A stretch of DNA of 64,000 nt from Eledone cirrhosa. Taxonomy: Eukaryota. Below, in pieces: positions 1 to 13,448 of this stretch. The stretch is from NCBI GenBank assembly GCA_964016885.1, contig OZ024748.1, forward strand, positions 7,068,001 through 7,132,000, given 5' to 3'. The notes below the pieces were generated by a model. The model worked only from the letters and a program-made list of their open reading frames with translations. It was not told the origin of the DNA and did not search any database. Positions within the stretch are counted from its first letter, which is position 1. Each line of letters starts with the position of its first letter. A program made the translations under genes and the position numbers.

Positions 1-352
1 TATATTTATTAATATCTATAATATATCATAGTGTATTATCAGTGGTAATTACTCCAGCCATTATATTAAATGTTATTGCAATATATATTCGCAAAGTCTA
101 AAATAATATTTATTATAATATATGTTAATAGAATTAACGATATCTAACGTTTTGATAATAATTATTTTCCACGGGGAAATGATAATAATAGTTTTGTGAT
201 AATTGCTTTAGAGTTACTGGAGCCATAAAGAAGGTGAGGTGAGATAAATATGATAAGAAGGCAATACTATCTACGTAAGAGACCTACCTGGTTGATTCTC
301 CAATAAACAGAGCCACCAAAATAGATTCAGATAACGAGAGAGGGAGGCGGGA

Positions 353-575
353 ATGAGTGCGTTTGAGTGAGTGAGTCAGTGTGTATGTGAGCGTGTTTGT
401 GAGTGTATGTGTGAACGTGTGTGTATGTGAGCGTGTTTGTCAGTGTATGTGTGAGCGTCTGTGTATTTGAGCGTCTTTGTGAGTGTATGTGTGAGCGTCT
501 GAGTATATGAACGTGTTTGTAATTCTATGTGTGAGCATGTGTGTTTGTGAGTGTATGTGTGTGTGTGTGTGTGTT
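353..575. repeat. GT-rich minisatellite/microsatellite (gtgagcgtgtttgtgagtgtatgt-like unit)
   Basis: Degenerate ~24-bp tandem units running into (GT)n. Confidence 0.85.
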
Positions 576-868
576 TTATAGAACAATCAGTTGGAAGAAT
601 AATAATTGGCACCAGTCTTATTGTGTAAAGTGTAGAAGTACTTAAGTGTCAAAAATTGTAGACAACACAAAGGTATGATTTTTTTTTTATAACGAGAGAA
701 TATAAATTCATTATATGTTGTTTTTAGCTCCATGTCAACCCAGGATTAAACAAATATCTAACGTATATATACAATGTACTCACTCCTCGTGACTGTGAGA
801 GATCTGTTAAACAATAATATCAGTTTACTTATTGCTAGATTATAATAATTTATTATCTAACTAATATC

Positions 869-1006
869 AGGAGACCTAGAGATAGACCCCGAGCAAGATG
901 GTTGGAAAACATCCATGAGCTTGGCGCGTCAAGCTTTGGGATCCAGCCGGATCAGTTGGACTGGGCTACTTCTGAATGGAAGGAGTGTTTGAGGATTCTG
1001 TCCTAA
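869..1006 (+). mobile_element. 3'-terminal fragment of an RTE-clade LINE ORF
   Basis: Translates as RRPRDRPRARWLENIHELGASSFGIQPDQLDWATSEWKECLRILS*, resembling the RPRGRPRxRW...LGI...W C-terminus of RTE/Expander-type ORFs. Confidence 0.65.
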
Positions 1007-1229
1007 TTTCAGTTAAATTTAATATTTACAAAAATATAACGAATATAGCGAAAATGGGAACTAAGTTTTTATAAACATATCATTCGCAATTCCTAATGTT
1101 TTACCTCAGTCACAACTCCGAGTTTGTTGGAGATATTTGAGACATAAATATTCTTACGCAAAATCATTGTATTTCAAACGAACACATACATATACATCCA
1201 TGTGTAAACACCACAAACGCATATGTATG

Positions 1230-1335
<106 letters not shown>

Positions 1336-1759
1336 TGTGTGTATATATACATATATATATGTGTGTGTGTATATATATATATATTCAGAGAGAGAGAGAG
1401 AGAGAGATGGGGGGGGGGGGGTGATAAAACATCAAATACATCCCTTCGCGAACGAAACTTCTTACGATCACTCGGCCAATAAAGACGGACCAGAAACTAA
1501 ATAGCAACAACAATAACAAAAATAATTTCAAAAGAGCCCCTATAGGTATTTGTGTTCAAAGTAGAAAGTAGAGAGTAATCTAAGTAGTTGGTGACATTAA
1601 TTGTATATCATTGCTGATAGGTTGTACATCTCTAGTTTGAAGGACTCCAACAGTTTGTACTTAGAACCATAGGACAAAACATTCTTTGTGCTTCACAGAG
1701 ACTAATGAATGCTTAAGGTTTGTGAGAAAAAAAAATCTATATGTTATATATATATATAT

Positions 1760-2068
1760 ATTTGTTTTGCGAGGTTTTTGATATGAAAAAATCGTGTGTC
1801 GAAACAAATCTTGTTATACTTGGGGAGGGTCATATTGTTGTAATAATATTGCCAGAATTAATAACAGAACACACTCACTGACGATGTTGCAGATGTGCAA
1901 CGAAAGAACTTTGTTAGACTATATATATGTGTTTGTGTCTATATTATATCTGTATGTCTGACCGTTGGTCAGTCAACGGTAAACATTGAGGACCGAATAA
2001 ATTAACTGATATAAAAGATACAGAAGCGAAAACCAACTGTTATTAATTCTGGCAATATTATTACAACA

Positions 2069-2072
<4 letters not shown>
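1760..2072. mobile_element. (TA)n-flanked PLE-like remnant with inverted arms
   Basis: 1832-1867 is the reverse complement of 2037-2072. A CTGACGA-t-gttgca/tgcaac-GAAA core lies at 1878-1905. The region is related to 36135-36227. Confidence 0.55.
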
Positions 2073-2107
<35 letters not shown>

Positions 2108-2158
2108 CATATATATATATACACATATATATATATTATCTATCTCTATATATATATG

Positions 2159-2203
<45 letters not shown>

Positions 2204-2236
2204 TGTCTGTGTGTGTGTGTAGGAATAAAACCGTAT

Positions 2237-2278
2237 GGTTGAGCAGGCGTTTCAAGTTAAGTTACTAGCCGTTCTTCA

Positions 2279-2280
<2 letters not shown>
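2237..2280 (-). ncRNA. Degenerate hammerhead-like core
   Basis: Minus strand reads CTGAAGA-(19 nt)-GAAACGCCTGCTC next to (TA)n; stems are poorly preserved. Confidence 0.3.
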
Positions 2281-2346
<66 letters not shown>

Positions 2347-2771
2347 GTATATGTATGTATGTATATATATGTATATATATATATATATATATACATACAT
2401 ACACATCCATGTCTGATGGATGTTGTATTTCATATTTGCTCATCCAAGGTTTATTTAAGTGTAGTAAGACAGTCGATCAATTTCTCTCCTTTTTAATTTG
2501 GGAAGAACATTTAATCCAGAAAGCATTATTTTTGTTGAAAGGTGTATGTGAGTAAATGAGCCTGAAAATAGGACAATTGGGAAAGGATACTTGCTCTAGC
2601 GGTCAGGTTGACCGTGGCTTTTTGTGGTCTTCCACCACCAGTGACCTTCACCACTCCCCCTTTTGGGGCATTTGTATACGTTTTAGTATAAATCCACACA
2701 GTTTTCTCCTATAGAGTCCTTGATCTTTTTATAAAGCATTCTGCATAATGAAGTGACCATATTATTATTAT

Positions 2772-3025
2772 TAAATCTCACCGAGGTTAACTTTGCCTTT
2801 TATCATTACGTGGTCGATAAAATGAAGTACCAGTCACGTACTGGGGCCGATTTAATTGACTTTCCACTCTCCCAAAATTGATGGCCTTGTGCCTATATTA
2901 GAAACCATTATTATTAAATCCCGCCGAGGATAACTTCGCCCTTTATCGTTACGGTGTCTATAAAATAAAGTACCAGTAATACACTGAGATAATTGCCGAC
3001 CTTGTGCCTAAAGTAAAAACAATTA
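2772..3025 (+). mobile_element. Two tandem 5'-truncated tRNA-derived SINE copies
   Basis: Both match the aaatcccgccgaggttaactttgcctttcatcc...gtcgataaaat.aagtaccag...ggccttgtgcc core seen in full at 60577-60769. Confidence 0.85.
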
Positions 3026-3604
3026 CAGTTATTGTTTATGTTCTTGGTGGAGGTGGTGGTAGTATTGGTGTTCTTTTTATTATGGTATAATGAGTGAGGT
3101 GTTATGAAAAATAAGGTGAGTGAATTATTTATTTTAATGAGCCGATAATGACCGCATAAATGTTATGTATCGAAGATGAAAGGAGATTTTACATTGTTTC
3201 ATGCTGTGAAATGATATGATTGCTTTATTCCATCGACTATTCTTGCTCTGTCATGCACAAGCATATTCATTTATTTATTTATTTATATAATATATATATT
3301 CCCATAAACAACAGACCTTTTCTCCAATATTATCTACCACTCTAATCTATTGAAATTACGGAAGTTACAAAATATGACCATTTTCTGTGGCTACAGCGTT
3401 ATGACAGCTGTGTGATAGCTTCAATATCACGTGACATATGGGAAGATCGATATATCGATATCAAAATAGAAATGAAAAGAGGTATGTACATATATGAATT
3501 TGTTCATATCAAACTAGGGAGGGAATGGCTGCTGGTATTTATAATTATAAAATTGTCATTACCATGTTTCAACATACATATTTGTATAATATTTTAGGTA
3601 TATT

Positions 3605-3650
<46 letters not shown>

Positions 3651-3669
3651 GTATATGTATATATACATA

Positions 3670-3702
<33 letters not shown>

Positions 3703-3958
3703 ATGAATATATATATAAATATATAATACATATGTATATGTATATATACATATATATGCATATATATATATATATGCATATATCTATGTATATAAATATA
3801 TATATATATATATGCATATATCTATGTATATAAATATATATATATATATATATATTTATGAGTATGTATATATATATATGCATATATCTATGTGTATATA
3901 TATATATATATGCATATATCTATGTGTATATATATATATATATGCATATATCTATGTG

Positions 3959-3997
<39 letters not shown>

Positions 3998-4703
3998 TTA
4001 TTTATATGTGTGTATATATATATGTCTGTGTGTACAATAGATATATATAAGCATACTCACACATAGATACGTACGTACACAAATACATACATGTATGCAT
4101 ATATATATATGCATATATCTATGTGTATATATATATATATATGTATGTACATATATATATATATATTTATTTATGTGTGTATATATATATGTGTGTGTGT
4201 ACAATAGATATATATATAAGCATACACACAGATAGATACATACGTACGTACAAAAATACATACATACATACATACATACATACATACATACATACATACA
4301 TACATACATACATACATACATACATACATACATACATACATACATACATACATACATACATAGCTTCTTATTCACATGAACGTAGAAAACGTTGCATGCT
4401 GTCTTCGCACCTAAAGAATCTATGTTGACTGACAGGTATCGGTGATAACTGGAAAGAATCTCAATCGTAAAAACAATAATAACTCTGGTAAATCACAAAT
4501 AAATATTATTTACTATGACATCCCAAATGATTATTGCTTAGTGAGTTCAAGTAAGTTTTATGGGGAATAACTGACTCCACATCAATGACATAATTCAAAA
4601 TGGCCTTTGATACGTCCATAAAATAGTGAAAATAATATATGTTTTATGATTCATGTATGTTTCAAGTGAAGCCAAAGTACTCAACGAACGCGATGTGTAT
4701 GTG

Positions 4704-4764
<61 letters not shown>

Positions 4765-4773
<9 letters not shown>

Positions 4774-4834
4774 GAGAGAGAGAGAGAGAGAACGGGAGAG
4801 AGAGAGAGAGAGAGAGATATAGATATATAAGTAC

Positions 4835-4890
<56 letters not shown>

Positions 4891-4943
4891 ATATATATAT
4901 ATATGGGTACTTATATATCTATATCTCTCTCTCTCTCTCTCTG

Positions 4944-4950
<7 letters not shown>
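4765..4950. repeat. Inverted duplication centred on (TA)n
   Basis: (GA)n-gatatagatatataagtacccata and its reverse complement flank a TA tract. Confidence 0.85.
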
Positions 4951-5002
<52 letters not shown>

Positions 5003-5349
5003 AGGGAGAGAGAGAGAGAGAGAGAGAGAGGAAGAACGAGACAGAGAGAGATTGAGAGAGACAATTGTATGTGTAGGATGGGATTTCCTCGAATTGGTAG
5101 CACTGTCACAGAGTTATCTATATCCATACGTGTGTGTATCTACATCCACTAAAGACATTCCAATACCATATAAAAATACACACACATATTCCTAGTGAAA
5201 TATTATAAAAATCCCCCACCAAAAAACTTTGTTAAACCTTCCTTATTAATATATATAACAGGTGAATTTATATATTGAAACCGGATTTTGGCTCAAGGGT
5301 CAATCGCATTATTCTCTCTCTCTCTCTCTCCCTCTCTCTCTATATATAA

Positions 5350-5500
5350 AGTAATTCCGGGTTCAATTGGGGGTAACCACAGTAAGTATGGTACTCAATA
5401 CATAGCAGAGTATAAATATTTAATATAGAAATTTGCTTCTACAGGACCTAGATCTGTTTCATTCGGGCTCCTGAATGACCAGTTCTATTCCTGTAGAAGC
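5350..5500 (-). mobile_element. (TA)n-associated dispersed repeat (family E)
   Basis: Reverse-complement match to 8850-8917 (tatactctgc.atgtattgagtacc.tacttactgtggttacc...aacccggaat), with an internal gcttctacagga/tcctgtagaagc inverted pair. Confidence 0.6.
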
Positions 5501-5724
5501 CATAAAGTTCTGTTCATGTTTGAACACATCTAAACATTTCTGTAATTGTTAAACAAACTTTGTTGTAATCTAGTGTAACAGAAGTGTGAATGTCGTATGT
5601 ATATATTGTTAGTATCTAAGGAAGTGAAACGGAATGTTAAGATTAAATCGATATGTAGGCCTCAGTCGTTTAAACACATACCTGGAAACACATTTACACA
5701 CATTAACACACATTAACACACATA

Positions 5725-5765
<41 letters not shown>

Positions 5766-7044
5766 GTCATGGCAGTTAGATTTGTTGATTTTGTTAGTTT
5801 TGTTTTGACAGCCTTAATTTAAATCCATGTTAAAATCTATATGTAACTTGTGAAACAGGTGTTTCTGAGTTAACGGAAATATACGACTTTTTATCTCATA
5901 ACAATAATACGTCTATTTGTGTATACGTATATATATTACGGCATCTGTCATTTACTCTAGTCTCGAGTCAAGCCATGACTTGTGGGGAGAATTAGGTAGA
6001 TAGGAACTGTGTGGAAGTCCGCCGAAAGGACTGTATCCGTAACTCCAAAATCCAGTCTTGTTACACTATATCACAGGTGGTGCTATTAAGTTAGACATGG
6101 CCTGGGCCAATACTGGCCGAAACCTATCAATGTTATCAAAGTTAAGTTATCACACTACATTTTCCAAAACCTACGTAAAAGGTATATGTGTCTTAGGAAT
6201 ACTGGATGACTTAGACATTAATTTATTTAGCTGGCTCTTGCATGGATTGAATAATTGGAGGATTTACCGCCGAAACCATGTCGAGGTCAATTATTCTTGA
6301 AACCAGCCGTTAGCTAAACATCAATGTATTATATCTTTGCTGTATAGCAACATTGTGGACATATTCAAAGTGGTGGAGAGGGTCTTTTGATGTTTTGACT
6401 TGTCACATAATTTGGTGTGGGTGTATAGGTATTGTTTCATACCAGTTCTATAACACACACTCTGTTGCAGTTCTGTCACCATCTCCCATAGTATCTTCTA
6501 AAGATCACACCCTACCATCTTACAAACAGTTAAGACACCCCGAATAATGTTAGGCCCAAATAAAAGCGACATGATTTTTTTAGCTGCTTCTATATATTGA
6601 ATTAGCGTTGAACAACAACAACAACGACAGCAACGACAACTACCACAACCATAAAAACAAAAAAGGCAACAACGATAATGTCAACCTCAACAAGAACAAC
6701 AAGAATAACGTGAAAAACAACAAACAAGAACGATAACTCCAAAACAACGGTTCCTAAAGTAGCGGTAGTTTGAGAAAAGATAAAATATTTTATTTGATAA
6801 AAATAGAAAACACTATACACAACACAAAACAACAACCACCACAACAACACCAATAACAACAAAAAGGTTACATAGTGACAACGTAAAGATATAGTTAACG
6901 TGATATATAATATATTTGTGTGTATTTAATCTGTGCAGATATATACACCACACTAACATTGCCTTATCAATTGCAGCATATTGACACATTGCTTTAATCA
7001 CCAGATAAACACCTTTTTGGAGAATTTTATTACGATGGAATGGA

Positions 7045-7102
<58 letters not shown>

Positions 7103-7238
7103 CTGTGTATGTGTGTGCGCTTGTGTTTTTTGTTTGAGTTATATTTAAGTTTTTTCACAAAATCCAAACTGGTTACTAAACAACGTGACAAGAATTGTAG
7201 TCTCGGATCCAGGGAATTGTAAATATACGAGTGATTAA

Positions 7239-7277
<39 letters not shown>

Positions 7278-7671
7278 TGTACGGGCCTAGATTATACACG
7301 AAGTAAGGAATAGAGTCGAATATATAGACCTCAGTGTATGACAGGTAATTTACTTAATCGATTTGGGTGGGGGATGGAGGGAAAGGGAATGATATCAGCT
7401 CGGTCGGAATTCGAACACAGAAGAAAAAAGAACCTAATTATCTACTGCCAATCATGTTCTACCATTCACCGTCTTACTCTACACAGACACTTATATATAT
7501 AAATACGTACATATATACATAAATACGTACATATATACATATATACATATATATATATAAATACGTACATATATACATATATATATAAATACGTACATAT
7601 ACATATGCACATATATACATATATATATAAATACGTACATATATATAAATATATACGTATATATATATATA

Positions 7672-7816
7672 TCAGAGAGGGTATGGAAAGATACCAGGTA
7701 GACCATAACCCACCAGAGTATTCAAGTATTAGGGTAGTAGAGTGGGTAATATGAAATAATTTGGGACCCCAATGGCTGAGCTCCGGCCGTTTCGACAGGG
7801 GCCCCAAATCTTTTCA
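7672..7816 (-). mobile_element. Family A PLE-like element, diverged copy
   Basis: Shares gaccataac..accagagta.tcaa.ta.tagggtagtagagtgggtaat and gagctc.gccgtttcgac with other family A copies; has a short inverted arm and (TA)n on both sides. Confidence 0.7.
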
Positions 7817-7827
7817 TATATATATAT

Positions 7828-8294
7828 CAAGTAAACAACGAGTGGGTTTGAAATTATTAAAAATGTAAGCTATCGCCGTATTTTGACTAAAGAAATTAAA
7901 GAAATTATTTAGCCTGATAGTGGGTTAAGAACCCTCGGAGAAATGGAAAAAGATGAGTATTGACGTACATGGGAGTACATGGGAGTAACATCTTTGGTTA
8001 TCCGGACCACTGTGATACCATTTACACCAACACATCACCCGTCTTTTCCCATTCAAATTAGAAGTTATAAACTTAGCGACTGTAATGTCAAGTAAGAATA
8101 TTTTCGAAACAGCGAGTTGGTTTGAAATTATTAGAAATGTAACCTATCGCCGTATTTTGACTAAAGAAATTAAAGAAATCATTTAGCCTGATAGTGGGTT
8201 CGACTCCCATGTACGTCAATACTCATCTTTTTCCATTTCTCCGAGGGTTCTTAACCCCACTATCAGGCTAAATAATTTCTTTAATTTCTTTGGT

Positions 8295-8298
<4 letters not shown>
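7828..8298. mobile_element. (TA)n-flanked element with direct and inverted duplications and a tRNA-like segment
   Basis: 7835-7928 is repeated directly at 8107-8200, and 7884-7977 is inverted at 8203-8298. tRNA-like halves lie at 7961-8036 (-) and 8195-8218 (+). Confidence 0.7.
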
Positions 8299-8340
<42 letters not shown>

Positions 8341-8815
8341 TTAACTCTCCTGTAGTCATAAAATTAATCTACTAAATATTTCGAGGACAATGAAGACAAA
8401 ACTGAACAATATGGAAGGAATAACAAGAGATAGTGGGGTGGGGTTTATAGACAATATGTAGTATAATGAAAACAATCTCACCATGAGATCCTTGGCTATC
8501 AAAGAGGAGGTCACCTGGTTTGGGAAACAAGGAAAGAGAGAATATAGAAAGAAGGAAGAAGAAAGAAAAAGTCAAATAGATGGTAAATCTTAATAGAAAT
8601 AGAGGGAATCTCTTATTTGGTAATAGTAGTGATGATGATGATGATGGTGATGATGATGGTGAGGATATTGATGCTGATGAAGATATTGATGATGAGCATG
8701 ATGATGATGACTAAGAGGAATAGAGGGAGGAGTTGGTATAGAATGGTTTATGGATTTTTCTTTCAGGTATTTTTCAAACTTTGATACTATATTTAAAAGA
8801 TATATATAGCACATA

Positions 8816-8849
<34 letters not shown>

Positions 8850-8850
<1 letters not shown>

Positions 8851-8915
8851 TTATACTCTGCAATGTATTGAGTACCTTACTTACTGTGGTTACCTCCGAT
8901 TCAACCCGGAATAAC

Positions 8916-8917
<2 letters not shown>
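8850..8917 (+). mobile_element. Family E terminal fragment between (TA)n tracts
   Basis: Matches 5352-5417 in reverse complement. Confidence 0.6.
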
Positions 8918-8960
<43 letters not shown>

Positions 8961-9064
8961 TTAAAAGGAAAAGAAAATGCTGACAAATTTTTCCCAGTGA
9001 AATATAGTTTAATTAGGAATAAGTATAAATTAGTAATAAGTATTGGTTAGTATTCAGTTTTAAG

Positions 9065-9101
9065 TTTTTACCGGTTGCGCATTTCTAATGCTTTTCAAAA
9101 A
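9065..9101 (-). ncRNA. Minimal hammerhead variant (U3-A8), mutated
   Basis: Reads ttt-TTGAAAA-gcatt/aatgc stem II-GCAACCGGTA-aaa, with GAAA changed to GCAA. Confidence 0.5.
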
Positions 9102-9392
9102 TAATTTTGAGATGGAGCGCCCGTGATGTTTGCTCTAATGTGATCAGTTTTGCAAATTCTTCCTGTTTTATGTGAAAAAAGTGGCTCCAGAGGTATTAAG
9201 ATTTGGTTGGTTGTTGAATGTCACGTGAATAAGTACTATAAATTCCGCGCCAATTCGTGTTGCAAAAATTTGTGTAGTCAAAACAATTTTGATTGGTTGG
9301 TAGAGGTCACGTGAATGTTAAAAATTGATTTTAGCGCGAACTGTTTTGGCGCCAAATATATATATATACATATATACACACACACATATATA

Positions 9393-9488
9393 TAGTAATA
9401 ATAAAAAATGTGAAGACTAAAATCCGAAGATTTTTTAGTTTCAGAAGATCCCGATTCTTTGCTTAAACTTTAATCTGTTATTTTAATA
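9393..9488. mobile_element. Family C element: reversed tail joined to an internal arm
   Basis: tagtaataataaaaaatgtgaagactaaaatccgaaga is joined to cagaagatcccg...gcttaaactttaatctgttattttaata. The two parts are in opposite orientation relative to the copy at 50281-50502. Confidence 0.7.
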
Positions 9489-9625
9489 TATGTATGTAAA
9501 AGGTAAACAGAAATAACAACACAACCGGTACAGTATATGGAAGGGATATATTAGGGATATATTAGGTTAACGGAAGGGATATATTAGGGATACTTAGGTT
9601 AACGCATGTAATAGCAGGAAGAGGG

Positions 9626-9662
9626 TCTTAAAGTTTCGGTCGCTAGTCCTTCATCAGAAGAA
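9626..9662 (-). ncRNA. PLE-type minimal hammerhead motif
   Basis: Reads tctt-CTGATGA-aggactagcgacc-GAAACTTT-aaga. Stem I is tctt/aaga; stem III is one base from the ACGT palindrome. Confidence 0.55.
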
Positions 9663-9718
9663 AGAATGAAAAATAAAATAGATTGAAGGGATCGGCGGGT
9701 TGGAATTGAAAAAAATGT

Positions 9719-9785
<67 letters not shown>

Positions 9786-9916
9786 GAAGGGTAAACAGAA
9801 TTGATTTTAACATTATCTCAATACTCACTGCTGTGTTTTCTATATTTTGAAAAAAAGTCTGTGCAGTGGGATTGAACTCGGAATGGAAACTATAAACATC
9901 ACAACTATCCCACCAC

Positions 9917-10020
9917 CTACTACTACTACTACTACAACTACCAATAGTAGTAGTAGTAGTAGTAGCAGTAGTAGCAGTAGTAGTAGTAGTAGTAATAGTA
10001 GTAGTAGCAGCAGCAGTAGT

Positions 10021-10078
<58 letters not shown>
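9917..10078. repeat. (ACT)n/(AGT)n/(AGC)n trinucleotide tract
   Basis: Direct inspection. Confidence 0.95.
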
Positions 10079-10506
10079 AATATTTTCTTCAGCTGAGGTA
10101 GTGATTTAAATGCCACAAAAAACGGTAACAAAAAAGTTAACAATACAAATAAAAGGAGCTAGACAAACAGTCGAGAATTTCTGATCTGAAAGACATGGAA
10201 ACATAAAATGGAAAATTTGTCGTAAATCTTGGTAAGCTGTCCACTGTTGGAATAACTAAATTCTTCAGCTCTTTGACTGTTTGATGGACAGAGACAGAGA
10301 GGGGGGACTGTGAAACTCTGGCACCGTGGTATTGTAGTCATGGGGGAGGGAAGGGGTTAGGTGAGAGGTTATCGGTTCCATCCTGCTGACTTTGGTTTGC
10401 TTGTTTGTGTGTGTGTGTGTGTCTATATGTCTGTTTACTTCTGTGTTTGTCTATACATATATATATATATATATGTATGTATATATACATACATATACAT
10501 GTATAT

Positions 10507-10578
<72 letters not shown>

Positions 10579-10579
10579 G

Positions 10580-10876
10580 TGTGTATAATGGTAGCTATGG
10601 TGCTTCCATAGGCGGTATGCCAAAATTAGCACTCAATATTCTTACAGAGCAGAGTGTGAATAGTATAGAAAAAACGAAAAATCAGTGATGCATCTGGACT
10701 CAGTTTTTTGCGTGTTACAATTGAGAAAATTTGCTCCGTACGCACTGCCCGTGTCCGAAGGAACCTGCAGCCGTAGAATCAGCCAGATCCATACAGTGAT
10801 CATGTCTCGAGCTACCTGCCGGCGAAACAATTGTAACACGCAATAAACTGAGTCCAGATGCATCACTGATTTTTCG

Positions 10877-10878
<2 letters not shown>
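10580..10878. mobile_element. Fold-back PLE-like element with degenerate hammerhead
   Basis: 10675-10723 is inverted at 10828-10877, and the left arm has a ~95-nt tail. cgtgt-CCGAAGG...GAAACAATTGTA-acacg lies at 10750-10840. Confidence 0.7.
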
Positions 10879-10923
<45 letters not shown>

Positions 10924-10926
10924 ATA

Positions 10927-11206
<280 letters not shown>

Positions 11207-11255
11207 TATTCAAAATATTAACAAATGAAAGATATTCACATAATCAAAATATATG

Positions 11256-11318
11256 CTTTATTATATATATTTCAAAGGTACTGTGGTTTTTTTTTCAGTA
11301 CGTCTTCATCAGATAAAA
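11256..11318 (-). ncRNA. Type I hammerhead ribozyme motif (mirror copy)
   Basis: Reverse complement of 11481-11541 with intact core. Confidence 0.75.
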
Positions 11319-11387
11319 TATATGATTTGATATATGACATATATGTATATATATGTATGTATACATATATATACATGTATATATGTA

Positions 11388-11463
<76 letters not shown>

Positions 11464-11480
11464 ATATATCAAATCATATA

Positions 11481-11541
11481 TTTTATCTGATGAAGACGTA
11501 CTGAAAAAAAAAACAGTACCTTTGAAATATATATAATAAAG
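11481..11541 (+). ncRNA. Type I hammerhead ribozyme motif
   Basis: Reads ttttat-CTGATGA-aga.gtactg/cagtac.ttt (stem II)-GAA-ATATATAT (palindromic stem III)-A-ataaag (stem I). Predicted cleavage is after 11535. Confidence 0.8.
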
Positions 11542-11607
11542 CATATATTTTGATTATGTGAATATCTTTCATTTGTTAATATTTTGAATAATATACATAT
11601 ATATATA

Positions 11608-11643
<36 letters not shown>

Positions 11644-11669
11644 TATATATATATATAAATATATATATA

Positions 11670-11715
<46 letters not shown>

Positions 11716-11800
11716 TATATATATAATTATATATATAATTATATATATATAATTATATATATATATATATATATATTTATGTATATGTATAAACATATTC

Positions 11801-11875
<75 letters not shown>

Positions 11876-12611
11876 CATTTTTTTTTTACTACAGACTACC
11901 TGTTATTTTCTGTATATATCCTTTGTGTTCCTGTCTTTATATTTTCTACCCCAAAGTCTAATACTCCTTTACCTTTTTTCACGGAATCCTAGACACTAGT
12001 TTGAGGAACCAAATTTGGGGACAACTGTTTTAAACAAAAGAGTGGGGACAATATCCCGTTGTGGTCAGTGTTAATAAAGGCTTCACATTTTAACTGACCA
12101 ACATCTTAATTCTCCTTCTGGCCATTCAGCAACCGGCAGTATTGTGGGCAGAGATTCGTTAGTGCGAAAGAACCAGCGAACAAGGGAAAGATGGTGGAAC
12201 GTGACTTAGCCATTTGTATGTAGATAAATGTATTTGTGTTTAGAGATGGAGTGGAGAAAGTTAAGTGCAGAACTACAATGTAAATGGCATAATAATACAA
12301 GAATATTGAACTTATTGGCTTCAGTCATAAATTAATTAGCAACGCTATATGATAAATTGGATTACAGATCTTGAGAAAAAAAACAATCCAGCCCGCTGCT
12401 GACTGACAACACGTCTTGCTGGAAGCAATCGCATCGTTCGATTACCGTCACACATACACACACACACACACAAATATACACACACATATACACATTGCTG
12501 AATGTATAGTATATAATGATGTTGATGGTTTAGTGGTAAAGTATGTATTATCATATGATTTCATTATATATATAATTTATATTATTATTATTATCATTAT
12601 TGTTATTTAAT

Positions 12612-12682
12612 ACAATGTTTTCTTTATTAACCACAAGGGTCTACTTTATCTAAACCCTTGTGGTTAATAAAGAAAACATTGT
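12612..12682. repeat. Hairpin with ~29-bp perfect arms in an (ATT)n tract
   Basis: acaatgttttctttattaaccacaagggt ... acccttgtggttaataaagaaaacattgt. Confidence 0.9.
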
Positions 12683-12856
12683 TATTATAATTATTATTAT
12701 TATTATTATTATGTTAAGTATTTATTTATCTCAATATAAATAGCAATTTCTGCTTACATTTCTAAATATAACTTTCTGAAATGATATTTTATTTCTCTCA
12801 ACAGCTTACACACTATACTATGCCACACACTCACATACATATATATATAGGTGTTT

Positions 12857-12900
<44 letters not shown>

Positions 12901-12902
<2 letters not shown>

Positions 12903-13140
12903 AGGGAGTGTAACTTGGAGTTACTGTAGGTTCACCCGGTTGAACACTCGATGTTTAGGTTCACTTCTGTGTCGAGGTCTAGACCTATACAGAGTGTATT
13001 ATAGTGAAAAGATAACAAGGACGATTGGTTATTCCTTCATTACATTTATTGGTCCATCGAACTGCCGATTACAGAGTCGGGTAAGATCGATACAGATCGA
13101 ACTTTGAGCTGATCAGTGGCGAAACGCGCGTCACCAACCA
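12901..13140. mobile_element. (TA)n-flanked dispersed repeat with hammerhead 3' half
   Basis: 12901-13000 matches 40885-40983 (-). GAAACGCGCGTC with palindromic stem III lies at 13121-13132. Confidence 0.6.
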
Positions 13141-13300
13141 ATATATATATGTGTATATATATATACGTACATATATGTATCCGATACCCCAGTAGACAAC
13201 TGACGAGGAAATCTTCCCCACACCCCGTTCTCGCTTTCTTCTTCTTCTTCTTATTATTATTATTTTTAAGCCTACCTTAACTAGCAACTACACACCCATC

Positions 13301-13395
<95 letters not shown>

Positions 13396-13401
13396 GAGTG
13401 T

Positions 13402-13448
<47 letters not shown>

